From Mobula hypostoma (Eukaryota), in NCBI RefSeq assembly GCF_963921235.1, contig NC_086108.1, positions 37,264,001 through 37,328,000 of the forward strand: 64,000 nucleotides of DNA, given 5' to 3'. Position numbers and translations under genes: made by a program. The notes below the pieces were generated by a model. That model had not been told where the DNA came from, did not search any database, and saw only the letters and a list, made by a program, of their open reading frames with translations. Positions 12,201-25,653 of this stretch are shown here, piece by piece (position 1 is the first letter of the stretch; each line of letters starts with the position of its first letter).

Positions 12201-13932
12201 GCTGCCTTCCCTTTGACTGAAGGAAATCACCAAGTCACTGTACGTTATTTCTGTGTGAGTTCGTGAGCTTGAAGGTTTCCTCCATCTCCACAGACTTACA
12301 GGGTGAAATTGATTGATGTTGCAGGCAGGTGGGTCCCTATCTCAGCAGTGATCTGGAAGACCAGGTGAAGTGAGGGTCCTAAGTGGAGAGCCAGTGGTAA
12401 CCCAAGGTGAGAGAAGTGTTGGGTTAGTCAAAGAGGAATTGAATGGACTCGCGGTGCTCTCCAATGCTCGTGTGCAAAGGTTATCCGCACGCTCTGACCA
12501 ATCCAAGCCCCAAAGGATGTCTGCCAATGGCCGTAATGCAGACGGGCTGAGAAATAGAGTTGGTAGGGAGTCCAAGCACACAGAAAGTTCAGTCCAGAAA
12601 GTTGCCTCCTGTGCTGGAATCCACTAGAACCTCGCCTGTGCGTAGAACCGTCGGGGTGTGGATGAGGCCAGAGAGAGTGAGTTGAACTATGGTGCAGGAA
12701 TGAGGAACTAGGGGGAGACTACTAGATAGAAGGCCACTCGTCTCTACCTGGTGGTCCCTTTTCCTGGATGCAGTGGGCATTTGATGCATGGGAGACTCGT
12801 TGCTCCACAGTAAATGAACAAGTACTTTCTCCACTGACGCTCACAGTCCGGGACTCTGGGGGTCAGGGGGGGAGTATTTTTAACTGCCTGGCTTTGGAGG
12901 CACTGCTGATAAGGGTCCCGCAGCCTGAAATGGTTCTGGGATTGGAACTTTGGTTCTGCATAGTCATTCCATTAGACTCTTGTCAATACGAAAGGCCAAA
13001 GTGATGAGGCCTTTGGGGTCAGTGGGCATCTCCCAGGTAGATAGGTCATCTTTCAAGTGCTCCCAGATGCTGTGATAGTAATGAGCTAGTAGTGGTCCCA
13101 GAGTCCTGCTGCACTACGGGACCCAAATTCTGTGGCGTAATCCAGCACAGAATGTGGGCCTCGGTGCAAGTGAAGTATCTGATCTGCAGCCTCTCTTCCA
13201 CTTCCTGGATGGTTGAAAGCCTGGCACATCTCAGCAGTGAATTCTTCATATTTGTTGCATATGGTGGCGTTAATGTCTCAGTGGTAGCCCAGGTCAGAGA
13301 TCACCCAGCAAGGAAGAGATGCTGATTTTGACTTGGTCTGTAGAATACATAAATGGCTGGAGTTCAAAGCACACGATGCAGTGGGACAGAAAGTCACAGC
13401 ATTGGTTTGGGATTTATCAAAACATACGGGTTCTGAAATCAAGGTTTCTCAGGGAGAAGGTTGACTGATGAGGGGTTTCTGTAATGAGAAAGAGTTGGTT
13501 GTAAGTGGCAAGCAGATGGTCAATAGTTTGCTTCTGCATCTGGATAATGTACTTGTGTCAGCAGATGACTTTCTTTAGCCAAGCAAACTATGCTGGGTCA
13601 ATCACCATTACACCCATCTTGTCAGGAAATGTAGAAGAGGCTTGACTCAAAAGCAGAGCTAACAGAGATGATTCAGGATGAATGACAAGCTTAATAATAG
13701 ACTGCAAAGATAACAAACCACAAAATGAGAGAGAACAGATACTACAGACTACAGGCAACAAGGTAACTGAAGGCCAGAAGCAAATGGTTGAGGTTGGCTG
13801 GTTTGATGGGTGAACAAGACTGTGGATGAAAACTGGGTTTAAATAGGCTGCCGGTGATAAGTTGGAAATGAGTGGCAGGTGATTCCTGTTAGTTGGGTGG
13901 AGACTAGGAGGTGCCTACCTGTGCAGGCTTGA
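9223..13932 (-). mobile_element. Decayed full-length Gypsy LTR retrotransposon, Sushi-like
   Basis: Diverged direct LTRs starting TGTCAGGAAATGT at 9223 and 13620; RT fragments [20 protein letters not shown] and [13 protein letters not shown]; integrase MDFITGL..VVDRFSKAAHF; gag remnant LKDDL..PTDPKGLITLAFRID; many stops and frameshifts. Confidence 0.88.
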
Positions 13933-14079
13933 TGGAATGATCTCTCAACAGATGTGGGATTAGTTAGCAGCAGGCAATATAATTCTGCTGAGAGAGGAAG
14001 AGGAGAGAGAACCAAAGAGAAGGTCTGTGATCGTTGGAAGGCAGAAAGATCAAATGGTAAAGGAATTGATAGTGCATGG

Positions 14080-14951
14080 TGTTACGTAAACGGCAACAAT
14101 GAATACCAATTGAGACAGGTTATATAAAAACAAACAAACATTTATTAAACACGTATAAACGATAAGGGAAAAAAACAAACAAAAACTTTAACCGGAAGTT
14201 AACAGATATGCAGCCGTTCACCAACTCGCCACATGACTCTGGTTCTTAAAGCGTTAAATGCGAAATCAGTTCTTAAAGCGATACAGTCAGATATAGTTCT
14301 TAAAGCAATAATTTCGAAAGTCCAACAGTTTTACACATTCAATTGGGAGAGACTTCTCTGGTGAAAGATTTCATCACAGACGCACCTTTACTGCTGGTTC
14401 TGTCCACAGGATTCACGATGCCGAAAATAAACAGTTTAAGTCAACTGACCTTAAATTCCTTTAGAGAAAGAGAGCACCTTTTTGCATGAACTCCTTGCTC
14501 TTTCTGGCAAGAGTTATCTCGATGCAAGTACTCCTCCGACGAAGACTCAATAAGTCGATTCTTTATTAAACTGCCAAACGATGCCAACTTCTTTCGATCC
14601 TTCGATAAATTCTTCACTCTCCCTTCAACTGTTGGAATTGAGTAAATTGGCACATCCAGCCACAAATTTCCAGTCCAAATAATATGGAATCTTTCAACAG
14701 AACACACAACTGTTTTAAAAATGAAACTGCGTTACAAAAACAAACGCAACAGAAATGGAGGCTCAGCACGTTCTACCTGGAAATCTACAAACTTAAAAAC
14801 CCAACTGCGTCACCTGAGTCAACCCTTCTATAGTCACAGGGCACATGCCATCACGTGACCTCACATCAGCGGGAATATCACATCAGATGACCTCCAAAAA
14901 ACCATTACATCATTCTCACTAAAAAGAACAGATCTCCTTGAGCATGTAACA
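14080..14951. mobile_element. Solo LTR (872 bp)
   Basis: Termini TGTTAC...GTAACA; 4-bp TSD ATGG at 14076-14079 and 14952-14955; no coding domain. Confidence 0.85.
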
Positions 14952-15029
14952 ATGGAAAAAAAATCTCCATATGGGTGGAAAATGCAGAATGGCAGTGTAA
15001 AGTTTGGAGGAAATGCTGGAAATCAGTAG

Positions 15030-15860
15030 CTGGATTGGAAAATATCCTAACTGGTTGCATCACAGACTGGTATGGAAACACCTGTGCTCAGGAATGTGAA
15101 GACCACATAAAGTTGTGGGGTCCATTACAGTCAAAACCCTCCCCACCATTGAGTACATTTACATGGAAGAGCTGCCACAAGGAAACAGCATCATGAAGAT
15201 CTCCACCATCCAGGGCATGCACTCTTCTCACTACTACCATCAGGCAGGAGGTACAGAAGCCTTAGATCTCGCTCCAAGGTAGCATGTCAGAGCGACTGGC
15301 ATCCTGTCACACTCATCTCAATCATAAGCAAATGCTTTGAGAGGCTGGCAAAGGCCTACATCTGCAGTATGCTACCACCCACACTGGAACTGCTACAATT
15401 CAGCTACTGACATAACTGATCAATAGACAATGTCATAGCCACAGCACTACACACCATTCTCACACACCTGGAGAAGAGGGATGCTTATGTTACAATGCTG
15501 TTCTTGGACAGCATTCAACACCATAATTCCACTCCCCCGTGCCCCCCCCCCCCGATCAACAAGAAGCTCAGAGACCTTGACCTGCTCCCCACATTGTGCA
15601 GCTGGATCCTGGACTTCCTGTTGGATCGTGGGCCGATGGTAAGGATGGGCACCCTCACCTCTGCCCCCCCAACACAGGAGCCCCCAAGGCTCTATTTTAT
15701 TTCTCCTTTTGCACATTGGTTGTTCTTCTGTCTTCATTTATGCACGGTTTTCATAGATTCTATTGTATTTCTTTATTTTTCCTGTAAATGCCTACAAGAA
15801 AATGAATCTCAAGGTATTAATGGTAACATATGAACTTTGGGAATAAATTTCCTTTGAATG
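15030..15860 (+). mobile_element. Rex1/Babar-type LINE fragments
   Basis: ENILTGCITDWYGN; IISKCFERL..; TALHTILTHLEKRDAYVTMLFLD; LCSWILDFL. Confidence 0.75.
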
Positions 15861-16829
15861 TGAACTTTAGGCTTCAAAATCTTGGGGAGAAAATTGCTGG
15901 AATTCTGATCAACTGAAATCGTTAAATTCAGAAACCGAAACATGAAAGATGTGATTTGCCTAGACTGAAGATTAGTTTTATTGGAGTAATGAGGACATTG
16001 TAAAATTGGGCATGACACAGGATTAAAGTGAAAGCTATTTGCAAGTTTTGTATCATTGGTTGCACTATGATGAGAAGCTGTGGCATACAGTATGCAATGA
16101 ATTAGGGCCACCATAATCCAACAAAAACTGAGTCAGTTGCTTTCCTTGGATATAGAGTTTGTTGGTGCCCAATGTGGGTAAATAATAAAAAAGGCAGACA
16201 GGATCAGTGGATCTTTACTCTGTGGGTGATCTTCCTAGACTTTGAAAACTTGATGGTCCTGGGGACTAATGACGTCGCCTTTGAAGGGATTGTAGATACG
16301 TCAACATAAACTTGGTTGGACCTGCATCCAGAAGCCACGTGCCTGCCACCTTCAACCTCTTTCAAGGGGGCTTGAGGTTTGTTCCTATATCAGTCTCCAA
16401 CTTCTCTTTGGATGACATCACACTATTTTAGGTACAATGAGGGTGTGAATGGCCATCAGTCTGTGCAAGCACAACAGAAATATCAATAGTCTAACAATAA
16501 AATTATATCCGTGTGATGTGAAAGAGCCAGACACTTTCTCCCTTAACTGCTCATCCCAGGGAGCCTATAATGGCTGTAGACTGTATATTCAAGACCAAAA
16601 CAAACGTTTTGAAATACAATTTAAAATAAAGCTGAAACAATTATCCTTTGCGACCAACATTCTTTATCAAGACGCCTTAGTTTCTTAAAAGCTTGGTGTT
16701 GATTTGATAACTTTCCCATAGATATTCCTTTGTCATTCTTACTCATCCCTGAAGTTGCCCAAATTCTACATAGCAAGTAGTGTAGAATGAAACTAAAACA
16801 GCAAACAACACAAAGTGGGTTACCTTTAT

Positions 16830-17335
16830 TCATAGAGTCACAGAGCATGACAGCACAGAAACAAGCCACTTGGCCCACATAGTTCATGATGAACTATTAA
16901 TCTACCAACTCCCATTGATTTGCATCCAGACCATTATCCTCCATACCCCTCCTATCCATGTACTTATCCAAACTGATGTTAAATGTTGAAATTGAACCCA
17001 CATCCACCATTTATACTGGCAGCTTGTTCCACACTCTCACTAGCCTCTGATATGAGGTTCCTCCTCATATTCTCCTTAACTATTTCACCTTTTTCCCTTA
17101 ACCAATGAGCTCTAGTTTGATTCTCACCCAACCCAAGTAGAAAGAGCCTACTGGCATTTACCCTATCTATGCCCCTCAATTTTGTATACCTCCATCAAAT
17201 TTCCCCTCATTATCCAAGGCTTCCAAGAATAAAATCCTAACCTATTTAATATTTTCCTACAACTCAGATCCTCAAATCCCAGCAGTAATCTTATAAATGT
17301 TGCCTGTTTTCCTTCCATTTTATTGATATTTTTCT
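16830..17335 (-). mobile_element. Decayed CR1 3' fragment (host of the Gypsy insertion that follows)
   Basis: ORF 16979..17179 MRGIDRVNASRLF..QTRAHWLR; tail catagagtcacagagcatg; sequence resumes as aggtgaccag after 22590. Confidence 0.8.
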
Positions 17336-17704
17336 TGTAGGGTAACGTAATTCAGAGAATTACATACAGTACATACAGAGGTACATACAGTAATTCACAA
17401 CCTCCGACATTGAGTTGAGGTTTCACTTTAAGAGGCTGGTCTGATGTGACAATGTTATTACATAAAAGCTTTTCGGCACTCCTTTAGGGTCAGGAGTTCA
17501 ATAAAATGTGTTACATGTTTCATTAAACATAAATCGCCTCACTTTGCTTTATTTGCAAAAACCTACATTGGTGACCCCGATTCTCTAGGACAATTACAGA
17601 GTTATTGAACATCTTGGACAACACTGTCGCTTTGAAACTGCTGGAGTTTGGGGTGCAAAATGCCATTGCTTGGTTTATACAAGTTGAGGCCCAATTCACT
17701 CTAC

Positions 17705-18819
17705 TGTCATAAGGGCGGTGGCTGGGAACGGACCCAAGTGCAAGACACAGACACTGAAGTACCAGGGACAGGACTAGGATACAGGGTGAGAACTAGGACA
17801 TGGACATGAAAACCCGAAACCTGGAACAGGACTGGACAAGAGAGCTAGGGGCCCGGGCTTGGACTCTGAGCCAGAGACTGGACAAGGACCCAGAACCTGG
17901 GTCTTGCCTCTGGCTCGGACCCCGGAACTAGACAAGGACGTGACTTGGCTGGCAGGCTGGACGAGGCTGGAGTCTTCAAACTTGAGGTGAGGCTGGAGAC
18001 AAGAGACTTGAGGCTAGGCTTGAGACCAGAGGCTTGAGGCGAGGCTTGAGACCAGAGGCTCGAGGCAAGGCTGGAGACCAGAGACTTGAGGTGAGGCTTG
18101 AGACCAGAGACTTGAAGCTTGGCTTGGGGCTCGGCTCGGCTTGAGACTTGAGGCGAGGCTTGGGGGCTTGAAGCTCCTCCTGGGTCCTGGGCAGGGCGCA
18201 GTACTCCTGGGCAGGGCACGGATCTCCACCCGACGGAGGCAAGGGACAGGAAGGGACAGAACCCACCTCAGGGTAACGGCAATCTAGCCTGGCTTACCCG
18301 ATTGAGGCAAGGGACAGGAAGGGACAGGACCCACCTCAGGATAACGGCAATCTGGCCTGGCTTACCTGACGGAGGCAAGGGACAGGAAGGGAGCTAGGTA
18401 CAGGGTGGCTCCAACGCAAGACTTCAGGCGAGATGAGGCGAGAGTTACCAGCAAGACAAGGCAAGGCTTCAGGCAATGCAAGGCGAGGCGAGAGCTACCG
18501 GCAAGACAAGGCAAGGCTTCAGGTAATGCAAGGCGCGGCAAGAACTTCAAGGTGACGCGAGAGTTACCGGCAAGAGAAAGTAAGGCTTCAGGTGAGGAAA
18601 CAGAAGGCAGGGGAAGGGATACGAGGAGTAAGGACAAGAACAATCCAGCACCCTGCCCTGGTCTCTGGAGGTATTTATGCAGCCAGCGCCAATGAGAATC
18701 AGCTGCCTCAATTAGTGCTCAAACAGGAACAGAAACAGGGTAGACAGGAAAACCTGGAGCAAGGGTCGATGGACCGGACCGTGAACCGGAATGCGGACCT
18801 CACGGATCGGACCATGACT
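17705..18819. mobile_element. Solo LTR nested in Gypsy gag, containing internal tandem repeats
   Basis: Termini TGTCAT...ATGACT; degenerate 5-bp TSD TCTAC/TCTGT; the gag frame FTL|REIST rejoins across it. Confidence 0.8.
17960..18595. repeat. Tandem repeats inside the solo LTR: ~26-nt GAGACTTGAGGCGAGGCTTGAGACCA units, 68-nt unit x2.3 (starts 18236, 18304, 18372), GAGTTACCGGCAAGACAAGGCAAGGCTTCAGG units
   Basis: Directly visible periodicity. Confidence 0.85.
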
Positions 18820-21800
18820 TCTGTGTGAAATCTCCACCAACAAGACCAAATTCTGCTACATGGTAAAGTTGCTCAGGAATTCCATGACAGCGTGGGTGTT
18901 GATTCTGCTGGAACACCCACCTGACAGGATAAATGCTGATCACTGTAAACTCACTTTTTACAGATTTTTGGACAATTGGAGTCTGAGTGCACCAAACAGT
19001 TCCTCTCCTTGCCCAACCTCGGTGATGGTAAACCTTTGGAGCTAATGGACCACATGCTGTCTTTGCTGGGGAAATCACCATCCTCGTTTTATTCTTTAAG
19101 AACTCTTCAGTGAACAAATATCTGTTCAAGTTCGCATAGCCCTTGCTAATGCACATGGGAAGGACTATAGGGAGCTTGCTAAAAAGGCTGATAGTCTACA
19201 CTCAGCTATGCAATGGTTCATCGTTCCACCTCCTTTCTCTACTTCAATAAGCCCGATCAGCAAGGACCCCCAACATAAGAATGCCTGCAGTTGTGCAACA
19301 GACTATGCTAGGTCTGTGTTTTTACCACACTTATTTTGGCAGAAATGTTAGGAAGTGCCGACCACCTTACAGGTTCAATTGTGCCAGTGCACTGGGACAT
19401 CGGAGGTCTGTGAATACCATGGGCTGCAGCTGCCAAGGTCATCTACTGCTCATTATGGACACTCTTTCACAGAAGCGCTTCCTGTATAACAAGGGTGATA
19501 AGCGAGTGTGCTGCCAGTATCGCCTATTGATGAGAAGGCAATGAGCAATGAAAACTCACTGGAGGCTGCCAATGGCAGCAGGATCCAGACTTACGGGATA
19601 AGACTGTGACACTCTGCTCCAGTGGGTGATATTACACGTAGGACTTCATCCTGGCTAAGGTGGCTCGACCTCTATTTAGTGCAGATTTTTTGTGTGCCCA
19701 AGACTGTTAGTTGATCTTAAGAACTGGTGACTAGTGGATGTCAAGGAATTTGGGTTGATACCCGATTCCCCAGAAATTTCCCCACGGCAACTCTGTCAAG
19801 CATATGCACCGCCACATGTGAGTTCACTCGAATGCTGGGTGAATTTCTAAACCTCACCAAGCCCACAAACTCCACTCCAGTCACAAAACGTGGGTTTGAG
19901 CACTACATTCGCACAACTGGCCTATCAGTACATGCCCATGTGCATAGACTGGACTCAGAAAAGTCCACCATGAAGGATGAATTTTCCAACATGCATTGCC
20001 ACCATCCTGAACATTATCCAGTCCCAGACATTTAAGACATTTTGGCATGTTTAGGTGGAAAGTTAATTTTTTTTTCCAAACTCGATCTAGTTAAGGGCTA
20101 CCATCAGGTGCCTGTTGGCTTGGAGTACATTCCCACAATAGCTGTGATAACCATGTTTGGCCTTTGAGTTTCTGTGCATGCCATCTGGACTGAAAGATGC
20201 AGCACAGACTTTCCAGTGGCTGATGGATTCTGTATTAAAAGACAGATTTTCTTTTTGTTCACTTGGATAACATATTTGTTGCCACTGCATCCGAAGCTGA
20301 ATATACATCTCATCTCCATACATTTTGAAGGCTTAAGCCAACATGGGATGATTACTAACCCTGCTAAATGCCATTTTGAGGTGTCAACCATTGACTTTCT
20401 TCAGCCATCGCATCTCCACAGAAGATGCAAAACCCTTCCCTTCAAAAGTAGCTGCTATTACGGATTTCCCACTGCCCTGCACCACTAAAAAACTTCAGGA
20501 GTTTTTAGGCATTGTAAATTTCTATCACCACTTCATTCTGCAAGCTGCTGAACTTGTGCTCTCTCTGTATAGTGCGCTTACAGGTAAAACCCCTGATCGA
20601 ATGCTTGACTGGTCAGTGGACATGACCAGGGCATTTGATAATACCGAATGAGCTCTTTTTAACGCAGCCCCACTGACACTCCTGATCCCCAACGCACCTA
20701 TAGCCAGTACTACTGACACCTCAGACTATGCTGCGGGTGCTCTGCATGAGCAGTTGGTCAGAGGTGCGTGGCAGCCACTTGGCTTCTTCAACTGGTAGCT
20801 CTGTCCCTCTGAAAGGAAGTAAAACACATTTGACTTCTCAGTCTCAATCTAGCTGTCTGCATTTTCATTTTCTTCTACCCGGTTGCCATTTTACAGTGTT
20901 TGTTGACCACAAACCCTCCGTGTACGCAATGGCCAAAATATCAGAACCTTGGTCTGCACAACAGCAACACCATCTGGGCAATATATCCAAGTTTACAACT
21001 CATTTAAACATAACAAGGGGAAAACTATAGCCATGGCTGATTTCCTCTCACAGCCAGCTGTTGAAGCTGTACAAATAGGGATTGACTATGCTCACATGGC
21101 AGCCAGCCAAGTTACTGACCCAGAGGTCCAGGCTTACTGAACAGCAGCCACGAGCCTGCGGTTGAATGACACTAAGTTTGGGGAAGCTGGGGTTTCTCCA
21201 CTGTGTGATGTCTCAACTAGTCGTGCTCGTCCCATAGTGTCCACGAACTGGAGGCAGACTGTTTTTGACTCCACACATAGCCTCTTGCCTCCGGGCTGGT
21301 AGGCCTCACAGAAACTGGTTGCACTAGAGTTTGTTTGACACAGTCTCAGAAAGGGCCACATCCTGTGTGGAGTACCAGCAGGCAAAAATCAACCGTCATT
21401 TTCAGGCGCCATTGATGCTCTTTGAGGTCCCTGAGTGACAGTTGGACCATGTTAATATGGACCTCGTTTGTCTTCTTCCTCTCTTCCGCAGTTTCATGCA
21501 TCATCTAACCATGGTGTACTGTACCAACGCCGCAGGTGTGGCTCGATTGTTCATCAGCACTTGAGTTGCTCAGTTTGGCACTCCATCTGATATTTCCTCA
21601 GACCGTGGTCACCACTTCATTTCAGACCGCTGGGCTGTGATGGCCAGAACCTTGGTGTTAGGCTACATCACACCACGGCGTATCACCCACAATCCAATGG
21701 CCTAAGTGATTGCTTTCACTGCTCCTTAGGGGCTGCTCTGAGGGTTTCACTGACCAATAAGTGTTGTCATGATCATCTCCGACAGGTCCTGCTAGGACTG

Positions 21801-22749
21801 AGAACTTTAAAAAGGATTTTAAAAAAACCTTGAGTTGTCTGTGGCAGAGTTGGTATACAAGCCACCAGTACAACTGCCAGGTGATTTCATTCCTGAAACC
21901 ACGACCACTTGGTCAGCCTGTCAACGGCATTCCACCTGCCTTGGTAAATGCAATTCCTTTTCACCTATTCCTATCTTCCATCATGGAATACAGCACTGCT
22001 GGGTTCCTGCTGACCTACATTCACCTAGTTTGTTTACTTCAGCCATGATGCACAACCTCCCAAACGATGGTCCATTCCATGGTTTCGAGCAGGGAGAAAA
22101 GACTTTTTATCATAGATAAGAGGGCAAACCTGAATCTATATTTCAATAGATCTCCTTAAACGGGCCCACCAAGATTTGACGTATTCCACTGCCATGCCCC
22201 TGGCTTCACAACATGACCATGAGCATGTCAATGCATCTCTGGATGAGCCCGAGGCACCTGCGGTTCCTCCACCCATGGAACACAAGACCCGAGCCGGGTG
22301 GCTCATCCAAGCCCCAGACAGGCTCACAATCCCGGTTTTAGTGAATTCTGGTGAGGGGGCTGCGGGCAGGGTTGCTGTGTGATGTAACATGGTAACATTA
22401 TTGGGAAAAATGTACACAGTTCATAACCACTGACATCGAGTTGGGGTTTCACTAAGAAGCTGGTCTGTCGTGATAAATTTATTACGTAAAGATTTTTAGC
22501 ACGTGTTTACGTTTAGGAGTTCAATAAAAGGTGTTGCGGTTTTCAGTAAACATAAAGCGCCTCACTTCATTTCATTTGAAAGAACCTACAAGGTGACCAG
22601 ATTCATTGCCATTTATGGTATGTTCAAGGACTAGAAATTTCATCAGGTTGTACACTGCTTTCCACTACAACTTTCCATCCTAAAATCAATCATTAAAAGC
22701 AGAGTATCAAAATGTTCTGCAGCCCAAAGGGGTATCTGGTTAGGCACTG

Positions 22750-25255
22750 AATACTTGTGCCAACCGACTGATGGGAGTGATCAAGGACACCTTCAATCTC
22801 ACAATGCTGCAGTCGGAGGTTCTCACCTGCTTCAGAAGGGCAACAGTTATATCAGTGCCCAGGAAGAGCAGGGTGAGCTGCCTCAATGACTGTCCCCAGT
22901 CGCACTCAACTACTGTGATGAAGTACTGAGAGACTGGGCACGGCCAGGATCAATCCCTGCCGAAGCAAACACTTGGACAAATTGCTGCAGTTTCATCACT
23001 GCAATAGGTCTACAATGGATGCAATCTCAATGGCTCTCCGCTCAGCCGTGGGTCACCCGGACAATAGTAGTACAGTACTTACATCAGGCTGCTATTTATT
23101 GGCTACTGCTCAGTGTTCAACCCAATTATACCCTGTTCTAATCAACAAGTCCAAAACCTGGGCATCAGTACCTCCCTCTTCAACTGAATCCGTGACTTCC
23201 TGACCTGGAGACCACAGTCAGTGCTGATCAGAAATAAAATCTCCTCGCTGACAACCTACACTAGCGCACCCCAAGGCTGAGTGCTTAACTTATCGCTCCA
23301 CTCTCTGCACCCACAACTGTCTGGCTAGGCAGAGCTCAAACACCATCCATGAATTTGCCTATGACGCACTGTCGTTGGAAGAATGTCAGATGGTGAGAAG
23401 GAAGCATACAGAAGCGAGGAAGATCATCTGGATAAGTGGTGTCACAGCAACAATCTTGCACTCATCAGTAAGACCAAGGAATTGATTGTGGACTTCAGGA
23501 GCCAGGAATCAAGGGAATGCACACAATCTTCATCGACAGATCAGTAGTGGAGTGGGTGAGCAGTTTCAAGTTTTTGGTCGTCAACATCTTTGAAGATCTA
23601 GCATTCTGGGCTCAACATCTTGATGTAGTTACAAAGAAGGCATGACAGTGGCTATAAATAAGAGTTTCAGGAGGCGTAAGTCAAAGACTGTCAAATTTCT
23701 ACAAATATTTGATGGAGAGCATTCTAACGGGTCGCTGATCACTCTCTGATATGAAGGGGCCACTGGACAGGATGGGAAGAAGTTGCAGGAAGTTGTAAAC
23801 TCAGCCAGCTCCATCATGGGCACTAACTACTCCAGCATCGAGAACACCTCCAAAAGATGATGCCTCCAGAAGGCCACTTCCATCATTAAGGACACCTATC
23901 ACACAGGACATGCCCTCTTGTCATTGCTATCACCAGGGAGGAGGGATAGGAACCTGAAGACACACACTCAATGTTTCAGAACAGCTTCTTCCCCTCTGCC
24001 ATCAGATTTCTGAATCATCAATGAACCAAAGTAATAGACAATAGACAATAGGTGCAGGAGTTGGCCATTCTGCCCTTCGAGCCAGCACCGCCATTCACTG
24101 TGATCATGGCTGATCATCCACAATCAGTACTCCGTTCCTGCCTTCTCCCCATATCCCTTGATTCCACTGTCTTTAAGAGCTCTATCTAACTCTTTCTTGA
24201 AAGCATCCAGAGATTTGGCCTCCACTGCCTTCTGAGGCTGAGTATTCCACAGATCCTCAACCCTCTGGGTGAAAAAGTTTTTCCTCAGCTTCGTTCTAAA
24301 TGGCCTACCCCTTATTCTTAAACTGTGGCCTCTGGTTCTGGACTCCCCCAACATCAGGAACATGTCTCCTGCTTCTAGCGCGTCCAATCCCTTAATAACC
24401 TTATATGTTTCAATCAGATCCCTTCTCATCCTTTTAAATTCCAGTGTATACAAGCCCAGTTGCTCCAATCTTTCAACATATGACAGTCCCGCCATCCCGG
24501 GAATTAGCTTCGTGAACCTACACTGCACTCCCTCATTAGCAAGAATGTCCTTCCTCAAATTTGGAGACCAAAACTGCACACAATACTCCAGGTGTGGTCT
24601 CACCAGGGCCCTGTACAGCTGCAGAAGGACCTCTTTGCTCCTATACTCAACTCCCCTTGTTATGAAGGCCAACATGCCATTAGCTTTCTTCACTGCCTGC
24701 TGTACCTGCATGCTTACTTTCAGTGACTGATGAACAAGGACACCTAGATCTCGTTGTACTTCCCCTTTTCCTAACTTGACTCCATTCAGATAGTAATCTG
24801 CCTTCCTGTTCTTGCCACCAAAGTGGATAACCTCACGTTTGTCCACATTAAACTGCATCTGCCATGCATCTGCCCACTCACCCAATCCGTCCAAGTCACC
24901 CTGCATTCTCATAACATCCTCCTCACATTTCACACTGCCACCCAGCTTCGTGTCATCTGCAAATTTGCTAATGTTACTTTTAATCCCTTCATCTAAATCA
25001 TTAATGTATATTGTAAATAGCTGCGGTCCCAGCACCAAGCCTTGCGGTGCCCCACTAGTCACTGCCTGCCATTCTGAAAGTACACTACCTCATGCTTTTT
25101 TGCTGTCTTTTTCTACAACTATTTAATTTATTGATATACATTTCTTATTGTAATTTTTAGTTTTTATTATAATGTATTGGTCTGTACTGCTGCCATAAAG
25201 CAACAAATTTTAATGACACAAGCTAATGATATTAAACCTGATTCCGATTCTGAGA
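22750..25255 (+). mobile_element. Decayed Rex1/Babar-type LINE interrupted by CR1 at 24034-25076
   Basis: HCNRSTMDAISMALRS; AAGACCAAGGAATTGATTGTGGACTTCAGG (KTKELIVDFR); 3' tail AAACCTGATTCCGATTCTGA at ~25235-25253. Confidence 0.8.
24034..25076 (-). mobile_element. Young CR1 LINE, 5'-truncated, uninterrupted 312-aa RT C-terminal ORF
   Basis: ORF 24124..25062 (GAPQGLVLGP, KFADDTKL, RPHLEYCVQFWSP); (CTATTGT)n tail; TSD AAAGTA at 24028-24033 and 25077-25082. Confidence 0.95.
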
Positions 25256-25653
25256 TTTTGGTTTTTTTTTGATACAGTATTGGTAGACAGCATCTTGCAG
25301 CACAGCAGTAGCTTCAACTGATGGATGTTCTTAACAGGATTGAAGTTGCTGTTCTAGCATTCTGTCACAAAAATCCATGCAGGTAATAACATGGCACTTG
25401 AAACCAGGAATAGGCCCTAATTGGAGAGAGATGACCTGCTTTACTACAAGAGACTGTTTCTGCCTGAGCCACTGTTGTAGAAAGAGCTTCTGAAAGACTT
25501 GAATCTGTAAGGATGTTTTTACTGTTCACCACCTCAAAACCAAGCCCTACCTCTTGGGATATTCCCTGTCAGTGATAGTTGCCCTGTATGCATGTCTCCA
25601 ACACCCAAAGTCCTATCAGCCATTGGAAATGTGTAGTGCCTGCTCCCATTACT

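Larger units (their letters stand above)
17336..22590 (+). mobile_element. Decayed full-length Gypsy LTR retrotransposon with tRNA-Trp PBS
   Basis: LTRs ~17336-17567 and ~22361-22590 both end in ACCTACA; PBS TGGTGACCCCGA at 17569; gag start VALKLLEF..AWFIQVEAQF; RT SKLDLVKGYHQVP; RNase H LQEFLGIVNFYHHFI and FTVFVDHKP; purine-rich tract before the 3' LTR. Confidence 0.9.

Noticed and set aside
17960..18595. Regular repeats resembling a CRISPR array or a repetitive protein (ORFs 17845..18219, 18405..18695)
   Set aside because: Units are contiguous with no unique spacers and lie inside a TSD-flanked LTR; the ORFs are by-products of the repeats.
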